This document shows, in pieces, positions 18,759-29,090 of a stretch of DNA of 64,000 bases. This stretch comes from an uncultured Candidatus Saccharibacteria bacterium. GTDB lineage: Bacteria > Patescibacteriota > Saccharimonadia > Saccharimonadales > Saccharimonadaceae. Each line of letters starts with the position of its first letter. The first letter of the stretch is position 1. The stretch is from positions 6,562 through 70,561 of the forward strand of contig CAUUSW010000006.1 in the NCBI GenBank assembly GCA_963548005.1. The letters run 5' to 3'. A program made the translations under genes and the position numbers. The notes under the pieces are model-generated. The model was not told the DNA's origin. It did not search any database and saw only the letters and a list, made by a program, of their open reading frames with translations.

Positions 18759-18765
18759 ACTACTC

Positions 18766-18841
18766 TGGAGCCGCTGACCGGATTCGAACCGGTGACCTAC
18801 GCTTTACGAAAGCGCCGCTCTACCAACTGAGCTACAGCGGC
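18766..18841 (-). tRNA. tRNA-Thr(CGT)
   Basis: GCCGCTGTAGCTCAGTTGGTAGAGC..anticodon loop TTCGTAA..GGTTCGAATCC..TCCA. Confidence 0.95.
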
Positions 18842-18907
18842 ATACCTCCCCAAGGATTATAGCAGATGGGCAAGGCTTTCGCAAAGATGACAATGGATAA
18901 CAGAAGG

Positions 18908-19936
18908 CTATTTCTGCTCACTTGACTTTTGTTCAGCCGGCTGGTCAAGATGGACATAGTAAGTGACTTTTTTACCATTGATCAACTTATCAAAATTAGT
19001 TTTGAACGTCGTCAGTGGAATCTTGAGATATGAATAGGTGACCGAACTATCGTCTCGCGAGCGTGGCTGAACAAAGTAGTAGCCATCGCCACCGAGCGGC
19101 TTAATAACCCCAGAGATCGTGCCATCTGCGGTTCTAATCGCCGCCTCGGTCAAGCCACCATCCTTGTTGGTCTTCGGAACAACCGTCTCCGGCATTAATT
19201 GTACTCGTTCACCTAACGCCGCTGCGACATCGGTCAACGATTTACCGGCCTTGAGCTGCGCTTCGACCTCCTTAACAAGATTGGCCGCCGCTTCATCAAC
19301 AGCAAACGATACTTCCCAGCGCAGCAGCGATGCCCTGATACCATCACGCGCCTCATCAAGCGACCAGCCAATCATATCTTTTACTGCCGAACGGTAGGCT
19401 TCTTTTGACAGGCCGGCATCCTTTTGCTGGCGGTCCATCTCTTCATCAACTTTTCGATCATCAACTGATATACCCCTTTCTCTCGCTAGCTTACGCACAT
19501 ATGCATCCTGCACCGCTTGGTTCATGGCCCGCTGCCGCTGAAAAGCAACTTTATCACCCGCTTGATCTTGACCCTGAGTCTTAAGCACCGCCATATTACC
19601 GCGGTTATATAGTAAATAATCACTATAGCGCACAAATTCCCCTTCAACTGAACCGGCCGGTAGCGGCAAAATTTTGGTAATACGATATGCTAAATCGCTT
19701 GTGTCCTTCCAAACATAGAGCTGAAGATATAATAAAACAATCACTGTCACAAGCCCGGCTATGCTAATAAAAATCGTGTTCCAGACTAGCTTATGCTTGG
19801 AGTACTGTATCGGATATTTGTGTTTACGCCCCCCAGCCAGCACTTTTTCGCGATGCTCCGCGACCGTGTCATTGGTAATCCGTGACGGCAGTGAACGCTT
19901 GTCCTTTTTTTTACCCTTCGTTGTTTTCTTTAGCAC
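18908..19936 (-). CDS. SurA/PrsA-like membrane-anchored chaperone
   Basis: One TM; LPAGSVEGEFV, LARERGISVDDRKVDEE SurA N-terminal-like; GTG start after AAAGGAG. Confidence 0.72.
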   Translation of the reverse strand: MLKKTTKGKKKDKRSLPSRITNDTVAEHREKVLAGGRKHKYPIQYSKHKLVWNTIFISIAGLVTVIVLLYLQLYVWKDTSDLAYRITKILPLPAGSVEGEFVRYSDYLLYNRGNMAVLKTQGQDQAGDKVAFQRQRAMNQAVQDAYVRKLARERGISVDDRKVDEEMDRQQKDAGLSKEAYRSAVKDMIGWSLDEARDGIRASLLRWEVSFAVDEAAANLVKEVEAQLKAGKSLTDVAAALGERVQLMPETVVPKTNKDGGLTEAAIRTADGTISGVIKPLGGDGYYFVQPRSRDDSSVTYSYLKIPLTTFKTNFDKLINGKKVTYYVHLDQPAEQKSSEQK

Positions 19937-20444
19937 GATCACTCCTTTCAGCGGCGAGATCCACCGCATCTTGCAGCTTATTATAAATCTTATCTGGATG
20001 TTCAACGTTTTTGATGACAAGATCACCAACAAACGTCTGAATAACTATTGTACCAAATTTGAACATTTCGCCCGTAAAACCAGGCACAACGTAGCTGATA
20101 TTCTGGACTTTCGCTAGCTTAAGTTCAATTACATCCTTACCAAAAAAACCATGCTGCGTTATCTGGCGAAGTCGCTGATTTGTCACAATGTAATACGTAT
20201 AAAACCACATCAAAAAATGATAACCAAACAGAACGAGTCCAAAAACAAAGCTACCAAGAAATACCCATAAAAGATTGAGATTATCCTGCCAGATAAGATA
20301 TGGTAGCGCGCCAATCGTCATCGGAACGAGCAGTAAGTAAAAACCCTTGCGCATAGCAATAATATGTCGACGAAACACGAACAACAGCTCCTCGCCATCG
20401 CGCTGACCATCAAATGCTTTGGTTGATTTGACTTTCTTTGTCAT
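19911..20444 (-). CDS. Bacterial PH-domain membrane protein
   Basis: 2 TM then YIVTNQRL..G.F..I.L.KVQNISY..FGTIVIQT. Confidence 0.82.
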   Translation of the reverse strand: MTKKVKSTKAFDGQRDGEELLFVFRRHIIAMRKGFYLLLVPMTIGALPYLIWQDNLNLLWVFLGSFVFGLVLFGYHFLMWFYTYYIVTNQRLRQITQHGFFGKDVIELKLAKVQNISYVVPGFTGEMFKFGTIVIQTFVGDLVIKNVEHPDKIYNKLQDAVDLAAERSDRAKENNEG

Positions 20445-20451
20445 AATGCTT

Positions 20452-20528
20452 TGGTACCCCGGGCAGGAGTCGAACCTGCAACCTTATCCTTAGGACGGAT
20501 CTGCTCTATCCAGTTGAGCTACCGAGGC
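20452..20528 (-). tRNA. tRNA-Arg(CCT)
   Basis: GCCTCGGTAGCTCAACTGGATAGAGC..loop GTCCTAA..GGTTCGACTCC..ACCA. Confidence 0.95.
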
Positions 20529-20535
20529 ATACACA

Positions 20536-20571
20536 AAAACTACCCGTGTCAATTATAGCACGGGTAGTTTT
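20536..20571 (-). terminator. ndk terminator overlapping the tRNA-Arg -10 element
   Basis: AAAACTACCCGTG/CACGGGTAGTTTT stem; TGCTATAAT lies in its loop on the minus strand. Confidence 0.7.
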
Positions 20572-20585
20572 GAGTGACGAGAATG

Positions 20586-21113
20586 CTATCGAGTAAACTT
20601 TTCGTTTAATGTAACATAGTCCATCAATTCTTCGGGCTTAAACCAGTGAGCGACTTCCTGCTCTGCCTCGTCAGGATCACCCGACGCATGGATCAGGTTT
20701 GGCACGCCCTTCCGACATTCGTTAGCATAGCCAAAGCTAACATGTGAATAGTCACCACGAATCGTACCCATGTCGGCAGATTTCGGTTCAGTTGGGCCGA
20801 CAATTTTACGCACCACAGCGACCGCTTCGACCCCTTCAAGAACCATAGCGATAACCGGCCCATCCATCATCATATTGAGCGTCATATCAAAGATTTCTTC
20901 ACCACGGCGCGTTACCATCTTGCCAATCGTTTCGTAGTGCGCAAAGTAATGCTCACGACCCGGGGCCACCATCTTGACACCGATAATCTTGAGGCCAACG
21001 CGCTCAAATCGCTGCAAGATTTCACCGACGATTCCCCGCTGTACTGCATCAGGCTTGAACACAATCAGTGTTCGCTCAATGCCACACATATTCTTCTTTT
21101 TTGACTCAGCCAT
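20586..21113 (-). CDS. ndk: Nucleoside diphosphate kinase
   Basis: ERTLIVFKPDAVQRG, GTIRGD, NLIHAS; AGGAGG RBS. Confidence 0.95.
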   Translation of the reverse strand: MAESKKKNMCGIERTLIVFKPDAVQRGIVGEILQRFERVGLKIIGVKMVAPGREHYFAHYETIGKMVTRRGEEIFDMTLNMMMDGPVIAMVLEGVEAVAVVRKIVGPTEPKSADMGTIRGDYSHVSFGYANECRKGVPNLIHASGDPDEAEQEVAHWFKPEELMDYVTLNEKFTR

Positions 21114-21196
21114 ACGCCTCCTTCGTGTATTATTTTCTTCATCATAGCAAAAAGTATTCATTTGATAAACGGTATAGATGTTGTTAAAATTAAACT

Positions 21197-22117
21197 ATGT
21201 ATTTCTCCGAAGCATTAGCAGATTTCCTGGAGCACCTAGAAGTTGAGGGTGGCCGTAGTCCTCGCACCATTGAGAACTACAAATTATACCTTGAACGCTT
21301 CATTGATTTTGCTGGTGATATTGATGTTGCAAAAATAACATCAGAGACAATTCGTAAGTATCGCCTCTGGTTAAACCGTTATAAAAATAGCAACACCGGT
21401 GAAGAATTGTTGTTAATTACACAAAACTATCACTTGATCGCCCTACGTGGATTGTTGACGTATTTATCACAACGGGATATCTCATCACTGGCAGCCGACA
21501 AGATTACCCTACCAAAAACCGTTCGCAAACAAGTCACATTTCTTCACTACGACGAGGTGGTGCGACTCATTGAGCAGATCCCGCTGAACAATGAGCCGGG
21601 GCTTCGCGACCGAGCAATCATTGAGCTTTTGTTTTCGAGCGGACTGCGCGTGTCGGAACTTGTTAACTTGAACCGTGACCACATCAATCTCACTCGACGC
21701 GAGTTTATGGTGCGCGGCAAGGGCCAGAAAGACCGGCCGGTATTCGTTTCAATGTCCGCTGCCGAGCACGTCAAAAACTACCTTGATGCGCGAAGTGACA
21801 GCTTGCCGGCTCTATTCATCAGCTATAGCAGGCGCCTAGCAAAGCCGTCAGTTTCCGGCGATTATCGTCGGCTGAGTGCTCGCTCGATCCAGCGGATAGT
21901 ATCGCACTATGCCCGACTTGCTGGCATCACCAAGCACGTTAGCCCGCACACTATGCGTCATAGCTTTGCCACCGACCTTCTGATGAATGGAGCGGACCTA
22001 CGGGCGGTACAATCGATGCTTGGTCATAGCAATATCGCCACGACCCAGATTTACACACACGTCACCGACCAGCACCTCAAAGACGTCCACGAACGCTTTC
22101 ACAGTGATACGAGATAG
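21197..22117 (+). CDS. XerC/XerD-type tyrosine recombinase
   Basis: RDRAIIELLFSSGLRVSEL, GKGQKDR, SPHTMRHSFAT, LGHS..TTQIYTH. Confidence 0.93.
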   Translation: MYFSEALADFLEHLEVEGGRSPRTIENYKLYLERFIDFAGDIDVAKITSETIRKYRLWLNRYKNSNTGEELLLITQNYHLIALRGLLTYLSQRDISSLAADKITLPKTVRKQVTFLHYDEVVRLIEQIPLNNEPGLRDRAIIELLFSSGLRVSELVNLNRDHINLTRREFMVRGKGQKDRPVFVSMSAAEHVKNYLDARSDSLPALFISYSRRLAKPSVSGDYRRLSARSIQRIVSHYARLAGITKHVSPHTMRHSFATDLLMNGADLRAVQSMLGHSNIATTQIYTHVTDQHLKDVHERFHSDTR

Positions 22118-22129
22118 ACCCCTAAGACA

Positions 22130-23284
22130 CTACGGCCGACAGTTACCCGGCGTTACGCTGCCTTCGGTCACCGAAAAGTCTTTACAGAGGCTGTTCTCAA
22201 GGTCAATAGCATTTTCAGGATACGGGAAATCGTCACCTATCTGGAGACGCGCCTCAACCCGTCGAAACACATTACTGGCACGACCAGTCGCATCGACCGC
22301 CGGCTGAACACCATCAAACTTGACCGGTTCTGCACCATTATATAGGGCAATTCGCACGTGTGACATGCGATATAGCGGCGTCAAACGCAAGAATGAATTA
22401 ACGCTGGCGGCGGCCGTAACAGGCGATATATCAATTGTGGCTCGGCACGAATAGCCACTGTTCGCAAAATCTAGAGAACAGCTCACCGGTGTCGGAGCAT
22501 TGTTAAATTGCCCACCACCGCCCGCTCGCGGTAGATTAATTGCCGATACACCTCCGTTCGTCGGCCCGGGGACACTCAGCGTCCGTGGATAGAGGAACAT
22601 CGTCGCAACGCGAGAGCTATCGAGACTAGCAAGGTCGAATGTATCACCCGGAAAAATCATCTGAGTGCGTAGTAGCGCGGGTGCGGGACGGGACGGCGAC
22701 TCATCCCAGTCACTGTACGCTGGCAGCGAGGTTGACGCCGAGGCAGCATTTTTTACTCGCCCAGCGGCCACATTGCCATTCGCATCCTCTTTAGTAAACC
22801 ACTCGAGGACAATTTTATTAAATTCAGCTTTGGCTTTCAGTGGTACGAGACGAGATGATCCTTCGGGTATGCTAACCAGGAAATCTTCCGTATCCATCGT
22901 AATATTGACACAGGTATAGGCTTGGTTGAACTCTTTACCGTCCCCTGAGCGACGCGATTGAATCAGTGTCTCGTTAGCGGCTACACTACCGGCAACGCCC
23001 GCACGTGCGACTACTTTGCAATCATTAGGCAATCGTAACTGCTCACAGGCCTTGCCACCGTTATCTCCTTTTTGACAGGCACGCACGACTCGCTTGGCGT
23101 CTTCAACACCGGACAGGGCCGCATCGTACGCACTTTGTGACAGCTCATTATTCAGGGCTTGTCGCTGATCAACCATTATGAGCCGCATGAAGCCGAGCAT
23201 CAAAACCGTTAGTAACAGTGTCGCAAAAATCACTGCAAATAACGACACCGCGCCTAATTGATTATTTCTCGCTATTTTATCCAT
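22130..23284 (-). CDS. PilX-like minor pilin
   Basis: G|AVSLFAVIF hydrophobic helix without E5; SAYDAALSGVEDA. Confidence 0.8.
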   Translation of the reverse strand: MDKIARNNQLGAVSLFAVIFATLLLTVLMLGFMRLIMVDQRQALNNELSQSAYDAALSGVEDAKRVVRACQKGDNGGKACEQLRLPNDCKVVARAGVAGSVAANETLIQSRRSGDGKEFNQAYTCVNITMDTEDFLVSIPEGSSRLVPLKAKAEFNKIVLEWFTKEDANGNVAAGRVKNAASASTSLPAYSDWDESPSRPAPALLRTQMIFPGDTFDLASLDSSRVATMFLYPRTLSVPGPTNGGVSAINLPRAGGGGQFNNAPTPVSCSLDFANSGYSCRATIDISPVTAAASVNSFLRLTPLYRMSHVRIALYNGAEPVKFDGVQPAVDATGRASNVFRRVEARLQIGDDFPYPENAIDLENSLCKDFSVTEGSVTPGNCRP

Positions 23285-24011
23285 TTGTCCTCACAATCAT
23301 CTCAAAGCTATTTATTGCGCAAAAGTCGAGATTCTCACTGTTATCCGCCGGTGGCTTACAGGTACCGTTAGCTGTATTGACCGCCTCAAGCTGACTGGTT
23401 CCAAGGACAAATTCCAAACGATACAGACTGTCTGCCCCACTACCACCCGCCACTCGCGCTGCTTTCATTTGATGAATTGCCAGAACCACATCATTTGACC
23501 CGGCTGGCTTGAGAAGATGCGTCACTTTATCCGTCGCGACCGTTGACATATACGCCCCCGTTGTTTCATTTTTTTGGCACAGCATGCCATCTGGGTCAAT
23601 CACTCGAGCAAAATTAATCGGACGACCAGAATGCGGCCCGCCAACCTCGGTAATAATACCCGCGCCGGACTTCACTTCTCCAGAGACAACCTTTGGCACA
23701 TTCCAGACATATGAATAGTCACCTAGGCAGAGTCGGCCGCTCCGATCAGCACCACCTGCCTGCACCATGACAACGGCCGAATTAGCATTACCACTTATCT
23801 TGCCGGCATTAGCCTGCAAAAAGTCGCGCCGCAAGCTATCGCTAATTTCGCGGCCGGACTGATTGATACTTTTGAGCGTGAGACCTCGATTATACAGCTT
23901 GCCAGTCTGGATCGCTATCGTAGCAATCGCCAGCAGCAACACCGACACAAATGCCATCGCCAGCATCAGTTCAATCAAGGTAAACCCGTATCGTCTATAC
24001 CGCTGTGTCAT
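23277..24011 (-). CDS. PilW-like minor pilin
   Basis: G|FTLIELMLAM class III signal. Confidence 0.85.
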   Translation of the reverse strand: MTQRYRRYGFTLIELMLAMAFVSVLLLAIATIAIQTGKLYNRGLTLKSINQSGREISDSLRRDFLQANAGKISGNANSAVVMVQAGGADRSGRLCLGDYSYVWNVPKVVSGEVKSGAGIITEVGGPHSGRPINFARVIDPDGMLCQKNETTGAYMSTVATDKVTHLLKPAGSNDVVLAIHQMKAARVAGGSGADSLYRLEFVLGTSQLEAVNTANGTCKPPADNSENLDFCAINSFEMIVRTNG

Positions 24012-24555
24012 ACATCCTCACAATCGTCCCCGTGGTCATTGGCCGGTCAGTCCCCACACTCATCCAGCAGGCCTGAATATACGCATCATAGGCGCGGCCG
24101 CCTTCAACACGCACCAGCTGAATTGAAATACCTAAAGAAATTGGATTTCGGGCAGTTGAAATCTTGGCATATGTCGGCGATAATTCATACTTATTAGTAA
24201 TCAACTGAAAGGTATTTTTGCTGGGCGCTAGGGCAAATCCCCCACTCGGCATTGCCTCTGGACATCGATTAACATTCAATAGCGAATTAGCGTGGTCAAT
24301 AGTCCGACCTTTCATCGCGTCCCAGAGGGTAGCAAATGAGCTACCGGCCTGAGACGACTTGTCGTGAATGTAGCGCAGCATTTCTGCTTGACTATCAATC
24401 TGTTGCCGCACAAGCGTCAACTCTAATGATCGCTGCGCCATAGCAATACCACTGTTCATGAGTGCCATGATGCCGATCGCCAGCATGCTAAACATCGCTA
24501 CCGCCATCACCACTTCAATGATCGTGTCGCCGCGCGCGCTATGCCGTCGCTTCAT
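23995..24555 (-). CDS. PilV-like minor pilin
   Basis: RG|DTIIEVVMAV class III-like signal. Confidence 0.8.
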   Translation of the reverse strand: MKRRHSARGDTIIEVVMAVAMFSMLAIGIMALMNSGIAMAQRSLELTLVRQQIDSQAEMLRYIHDKSSQAGSSFATLWDAMKGRTIDHANSLLNVNRCPEAMPSGGFALAPSKNTFQLITNKYELSPTYAKISTARNPISLGISIQLVRVEGGRAYDAYIQACWMSVGTDRPMTTGTIVRMYDTAV

Positions 24556-25276
24556 TATCGCACCCCTTTGTCGCATGACCAACCGTCACTGCCTCGCTCG
24601 AGCCGGCCTTTGCTCCCAAAAAGACTGACAGTCTCTGGCCAACTGACCAGCCAGTATCATAGATACAAAACTCTCGCTGCCGCAGCTGTAAATCGGCCGT
24701 ATACATACCGCCATTCGGCTGCATATTGCGAATAAAATTATTAATATTAGCTGGTGAATACGGCGCGTCATTCGTGCGTACGATAACCTGCCCGCTATCT
24801 GGATCGCGGTATATTAATAAAGCCAGTTCTCTACCAATGGTATTAGTTGCCGTGAGCGAGCGTACCTGCGCACCCCAGCCAACCGTGTAGGTATTTGCCT
24901 CACTCTCACTGTAACTATACGTCCACACTCCCGAGCGCTTCAGGGCGTACAGCGGATAGGCGGTAAATGAACGTGCCTCGGAATTCGTCGACTTGACATA
25001 GCGACCAACGACAACGCAATTCGACTGGCCCCGAGCTCCGTCGTTTGTTGCACCCTTAACAGGACACGTGTCGCGATCGCCCCGATCATTCTCGATACTA
25101 ATCACTCGGCTATACTGATCACGAATAAAACCGGCGAACGATTGAACAGCGTCATGATATTGTTGTTGGCGCAGTGCAGCACTCACGCCAACTAACAAGC
25201 CAACGGTCAATAGGCCAGTGATCGCCAAGAACAACACCACTTCAACGATTGTAAACCCGGATTGCCACCGCTTCAT
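24539..25276 (-). CDS. FimU/GspH-like minor pilin
   Basis: G|FTIVEVVLFLAI signal. Confidence 0.85.
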   Translation of the reverse strand: MKRWQSGFTIVEVVLFLAITGLLTVGLLVGVSAALRQQQYHDAVQSFAGFIRDQYSRVISIENDRGDRDTCPVKGATNDGARGQSNCVVVGRYVKSTNSEARSFTAYPLYALKRSGVWTYSYSESEANTYTVGWGAQVRSLTATNTIGRELALLIYRDPDSGQVIVRTNDAPYSPANINNFIRNMQPNGGMYTADLQLRQREFCIYDTGWSVGQRLSVFLGAKAGSSEAVTVGHATKGCDNEATA

Positions 25277-25303
25277 ATGTTCATTATTATAGCATAAGCA
25301 CTA

Positions 25304-26170
25304 TCAAATCACGATAAGCCAATCCACGATCCTGGCACCAAAAAACCACGAAATAAGAAAGCCGACGATCAATAACGGCCCGAATGGGATTCGCGCTCCA
25401 CGCTGCACTGTGCCCCGAAGCATCCCCGGCAGTACCAGTAGCGTGCCGAGTAAATTTGCTAAAAAGAGTGCGAGAAATGCTAGCCGCCAATCCATTAAAA
25501 AGAGCGCGAGACCGAGCGTCAGCTTGACATCACCAAATCCTATCCAGCGACCACTCGACACGACGTAGAGCAATGCGTACACGCCACTGAGAATGACGAC
25601 CGCTGCCATCAGTCCAGGCACTCCGCCCGGTAGCTGACCAGTCGCCACATGAATCCCAGCAAATAGTGCTCCCAATATCACGAACGGCCAATTCGCCACG
25701 TCCGGAAGCAAAAACCACCGCTTGTCATACACGAACAGGAACGCTAGATATGATAGCCCCATCAGCATAATCGCGACCTTCGTTGTTACTAGTGGCGCCG
25801 TAAACGTCATCATGCCATGCCACGTCACCACTGTAAACAGCCCGGCCATCGCCACTTCGAGCCCCAGTTCCATCCAGCCAATCGGTGCCTGGCAATACCG
25901 ACAGCGACCTCTAGCAGCCAGCCAGCTCACTACCGGCAGCAAATCATACCAGCGTAGCTCGTGCCCACAAGAAAGACACTGCGATCGATCTTTCTTGAGA
26001 GGCTTGAGGAGCGGCTTCAGGCGGCGTAGCTCCAGCGTATCAACCGGTTCGCCGGCCTGCTTGTCTTCAACGAGCTGCCGAGCACGGACTCGCCACACCT
26101 GAGCACCGATAAAGCTCCCCATCACTGCGCCAAGAATTGCCACACCCACCAGTATTGTCACTACCATCAT
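25304..26170 (-). CDS. pilD: Prepilin peptidase
   Basis: RSQCLSC..CRYC, D..WFLLPD, GFGDVKL, IPFGP. Confidence 0.93.
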   Translation of the reverse strand: MMVVTILVGVAILGAVMGSFIGAQVWRVRARQLVEDKQAGEPVDTLELRRLKPLLKPLKKDRSQCLSCGHELRWYDLLPVVSWLAARGRCRYCQAPIGWMELGLEVAMAGLFTVVTWHGMMTFTAPLVTTKVAIMLMGLSYLAFLFVYDKRWFLLPDVANWPFVILGALFAGIHVATGQLPGGVPGLMAAVVILSGVYALLYVVSSGRWIGFGDVKLTLGLALFLMDWRLAFLALFLANLLGTLLVLPGMLRGTVQRGARIPFGPLLIVGFLISWFFGARIVDWLIVI

Positions 26171-26201
26171 ACTGTTAATGGTAACAAGAAATCATGAAAA
26201 A

Positions 26202-26229
26202 AGCAGCCCCCTAATAGTAGGAGGCTGTC
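26202..26229 (-). terminator. Terminator after major pilin
   Basis: CAGCC(T/C)C stem followed by TTTTTT on minus strand. Confidence 0.6.
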
Positions 26230-26247
26230 AATCATATCACTGCTGAC

Positions 26248-26721
26248 TTAGTTTTGATTGTCTTTACAAAACGCACCGCTTCCTTCTAGCTGCACCTTGA
26301 CGGCGAACGAGCGCGGCGAACCACTTTTGGCGACAATATTTTCGCCATCACATTGAGCGCTCGTGGCATAGACCATCTTCTCGGTCGTTGCCGAACCCTG
26401 CTGAGCGACACCAGTTACAACGCTGTAATTGTTGCCTGTCTGCGGATCCTTAAATTCACCGTTGCCACGCTTCATATACGAATCGAGGAAGCTATTGATC
26501 GATCCCGTATCGGTTTTCGGGATGCTTCCCTTGTTATTTGTTGCATAACTATTCACCTGCGAGACGAACCGAGTCACGTCACTGCGTCGTTGTGTGTCGC
26601 GCTGGCTGCGCTGCAAGGCCGGCCATGCCAAGAATACCATCAAAAATATCAGTCCGGCGATCGCCAGCACCAACACGACTTCAATAATTGTAAACCCTCG
26701 ATTTGCTTTTTGCTGAGCCAT
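26248..26721 (-). CDS. Probable major type IV pilin
   Basis: G|FTIIEVVLVLAIAGL..QRDTQRRSD; has its own -10 element, RBS and terminator. Confidence 0.88.
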   Translation of the reverse strand: MAQQKANRGFTIIEVVLVLAIAGLIFLMVFLAWPALQRSQRDTQRRSDVTRFVSQVNSYATNNKGSIPKTDTGSINSFLDSYMKRGNGEFKDPQTGNNYSVVTGVAQQGSATTEKMVYATSAQCDGENIVAKSGSPRSFAVKVQLEGSGAFCKDNQN

Positions 26722-26786
26722 GAAGTTGCCCACCTTTCTGTGACTTAACTTTCTTTCGTTATTGTACCGTACTGCTTATGGATTGT

Positions 26787-27998
26787 CTAGAGGCTAATAT
26801 CTCCGACCAGATTATAAATTGGAAAGATTATCGCACCCACCATCACGCCGGCCACGACCGCCAAGACCACCATCAGCACTGGTTCAATCGTTGTCGTGAT
26901 CGCCTTGATCTCCTCATCTAGCTCATCTTCGTAAATCTGCGCGCACTTGCCCATCATCTCATCAATCTTACCCGACTGTTCACCGATCTTGATCATCTGC
27001 GGCACCATCGGCAAGATATAATCCTCATTTTTTAAGGACACCGACAGCGCCTTGCCGCCCTTCACCTTCTCGCTAGCATGCTCAATGCCTTGACGGATAA
27101 CTGAATTATTGACCGCCCGAGCAGTGATGCGCAACATGTCCAGCATCGCCACCCCGCTATTAAGAAGTGTTTGACCGGTGCGGGTAAAGCGAGCCATGTA
27201 CAGCTTGCGGAACATGGCGTCAAACACTGGTATGTTCAGCTTGAACGTATCTTTAGCACGAATACCAGCCTCGGTTTTGAGATACTGCTGAAAGAAATAT
27301 AAACCGATGCCAAGTAAAATCACCAACGCCCACCAAAACTGCGCCAAAAAACCAGCGACGCTGACCATGGCCTTCGTTGTGAACGGTAGCTCTTTGTGTA
27401 AGCTGCCATACAGTCCTTCGACCTGCGGCACTACCATCACGAGCATGAACACCACTACCGCGATGATCACCAGCAGCACAATCGCCGGATAGACCATGGC
27501 GCCACGCACCTTGCTAAGCATCGCTGCATCTTTTTCTTGCTGTGACGCGATGCGCTTAAGCGCCTCGTCCAACGTTCCTGACGCCTCACCGGCTGCCACC
27601 AACGCTACATATACATTGTCAAATACTTCTGGATGTTTCTCGAACGCGCTTGATAGTTGCCGGCCGCCCTCAATATCAGAAATTATCTCCTGAATGATAC
27701 TCTGCATCTGCTTGTTTTGCGTTTGCTCCAGCACGGTATGCATACTCTGCGCCAGCGGCAACCCCGCACCAATCAACGTCGCTAGCTGCCGCGTAAAGAC
27801 GATCTTGTCCTTGGACGATATTTTATTTGACAATCGCTGAAAGAAGCCCTCACGCTCATCTTGAAGCTCAATTTTCAGCGGCACGAAGCCCTGAGCGCTC
27901 AGCAATTTCGCCGCGGCAACCTCGCTCTCAGCCTGCACAACCGACTTGGTAATCTTTTGCGTGGCTGAATCCCTGGCCTCATAGTAATATTTTTTCAT
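26787..27998 (-). CDS. pilC: Type IV pilus platform protein
   Basis: FTRQLATLIGAGLPL, GEASGTL, AMVYP, GEQSG, IEP. Confidence 0.93.
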   Translation of the reverse strand: MKKYYYEARDSATQKITKSVVQAESEVAAAKLLSAQGFVPLKIELQDEREGFFQRLSNKISSKDKIVFTRQLATLIGAGLPLAQSMHTVLEQTQNKQMQSIIQEIISDIEGGRQLSSAFEKHPEVFDNVYVALVAAGEASGTLDEALKRIASQQEKDAAMLSKVRGAMVYPAIVLLVIIAVVVFMLVMVVPQVEGLYGSLHKELPFTTKAMVSVAGFLAQFWWALVILLGIGLYFFQQYLKTEAGIRAKDTFKLNIPVFDAMFRKLYMARFTRTGQTLLNSGVAMLDMLRITARAVNNSVIRQGIEHASEKVKGGKALSVSLKNEDYILPMVPQMIKIGEQSGKIDEMMGKCAQIYEDELDEEIKAITTTIEPVLMVVLAVVAGVMVGAIIFPIYNLVGDISL

Positions 27999-28001
27999 GC
28001 G

Positions 28002-29072
28002 CTATCCCCTGATAAGCCGCTCAAACTCCGCTAGGTCAACCGCAAATTCACGAGCACTGTCATAGGTAATCGTACCGTTTTGTACCAGATTTACCAGCGT
28101 CCGATCCATCGTCTGCATGCCCTGATCAGCACCCGTCTGAATGACGGCATCCAGCTGATGACTCTTGCCCTCGCGAATAATGTTACGCACCGCTGGATTA
28201 GCAATCATGATCTCGGCCGCCACCACCCGACCGCCACCGATAGACGGCACCAGCCTCTGCGAACAAATTGCCATCAAAATGTTCGATAGCTGCGCCCGGA
28301 TTTGCGGCTGTTGGTGCGGCGGAAAGACGTCAATCATACGGTCAATCGACTGCGCCGCCGAGTTGGTGTGCAGCGTCGCAAACACCAAGTGCCCGGTCTC
28401 GGCAATGGTAATCGCCGCCGATATTGTCTCGAGGTCGCGCATCTCGCCGATCAGCACCACGTCTGGGTCTTGGCGCAGGCTAGAGCGTAGTGCCGCTGAG
28501 AACGAATAGGTGTCATAATGAACCTCGCGCTGCACCACTACTGACTTCTTTGACTTGTGCGTAAACTCAATCGGGTCTTCGATGGTAATGATGTGCTGCG
28601 ACTTTTCGGCGTTAATTTTGTCGACCAGCGCCGCCAACGTCGTCGATTTACCAGAGCCAGTCGGCCCCGTCACCAACACCAAACCGCGTGGGAAATCGGC
28701 AAATGTATTGACAATCGGTGGCATGCCCAGTTCCTGCGCAGTCTTGATCTCGTTTGGAATTAAGCGCAGCGCCGCCGCCAGGTTACCCCTCTCATGAAAG
28801 GCATTCACCCGGAATCGTCCTAGTGTACCGAACGCAAACGAAAAGTCAAACTCCTTATCTTTGAGCAGAATTTGCCGCTGATCCTCATCAAGAATCTGAA
28901 ATACCAGCCGCTCCACGGTCGCCTCATCAAGCGGCTGCGTGCCCGTTGCTGCGACCAACGTTCCGTCAATACGCAGCATCGGTGGCAGGCCCACTTGAAT
29001 GTGGAGGTCTGAGGCTCGTTTTTTGACCACCTCTTCGAGTAAAATTTCGATGCGTAATTCTTGATTATTCAT
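28002..29072 (-). CDS. pilT: Type IV pilus retraction ATPase
   Basis: GPTGSGKSTT, EDPIE, LRQDPD, AETGHLV, AVRNIIRE, GMQTMD. Confidence 0.95.
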   Translation of the reverse strand: MNNQELRIEILLEEVVKKRASDLHIQVGLPPMLRIDGTLVAATGTQPLDEATVERLVFQILDEDQRQILLKDKEFDFSFAFGTLGRFRVNAFHERGNLAAALRLIPNEIKTAQELGMPPIVNTFADFPRGLVLVTGPTGSGKSTTLAALVDKINAEKSQHIITIEDPIEFTHKSKKSVVVQREVHYDTYSFSAALRSSLRQDPDVVLIGEMRDLETISAAITIAETGHLVFATLHTNSAAQSIDRMIDVFPPHQQPQIRAQLSNILMAICSQRLVPSIGGGRVVAAEIMIANPAVRNIIREGKSHQLDAVIQTGADQGMQTMDRTLVNLVQNGTITYDSAREFAVDLAEFERLIRG

Positions 29073-29090
29073 AATCGTCCCCCTTTTCTT

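Noticed and set aside
21197..22117. Phage/ICE integrase
   Set aside because: Size and motifs are Xer-like, it is flanked by core genes, and there are no att repeats or cargo.
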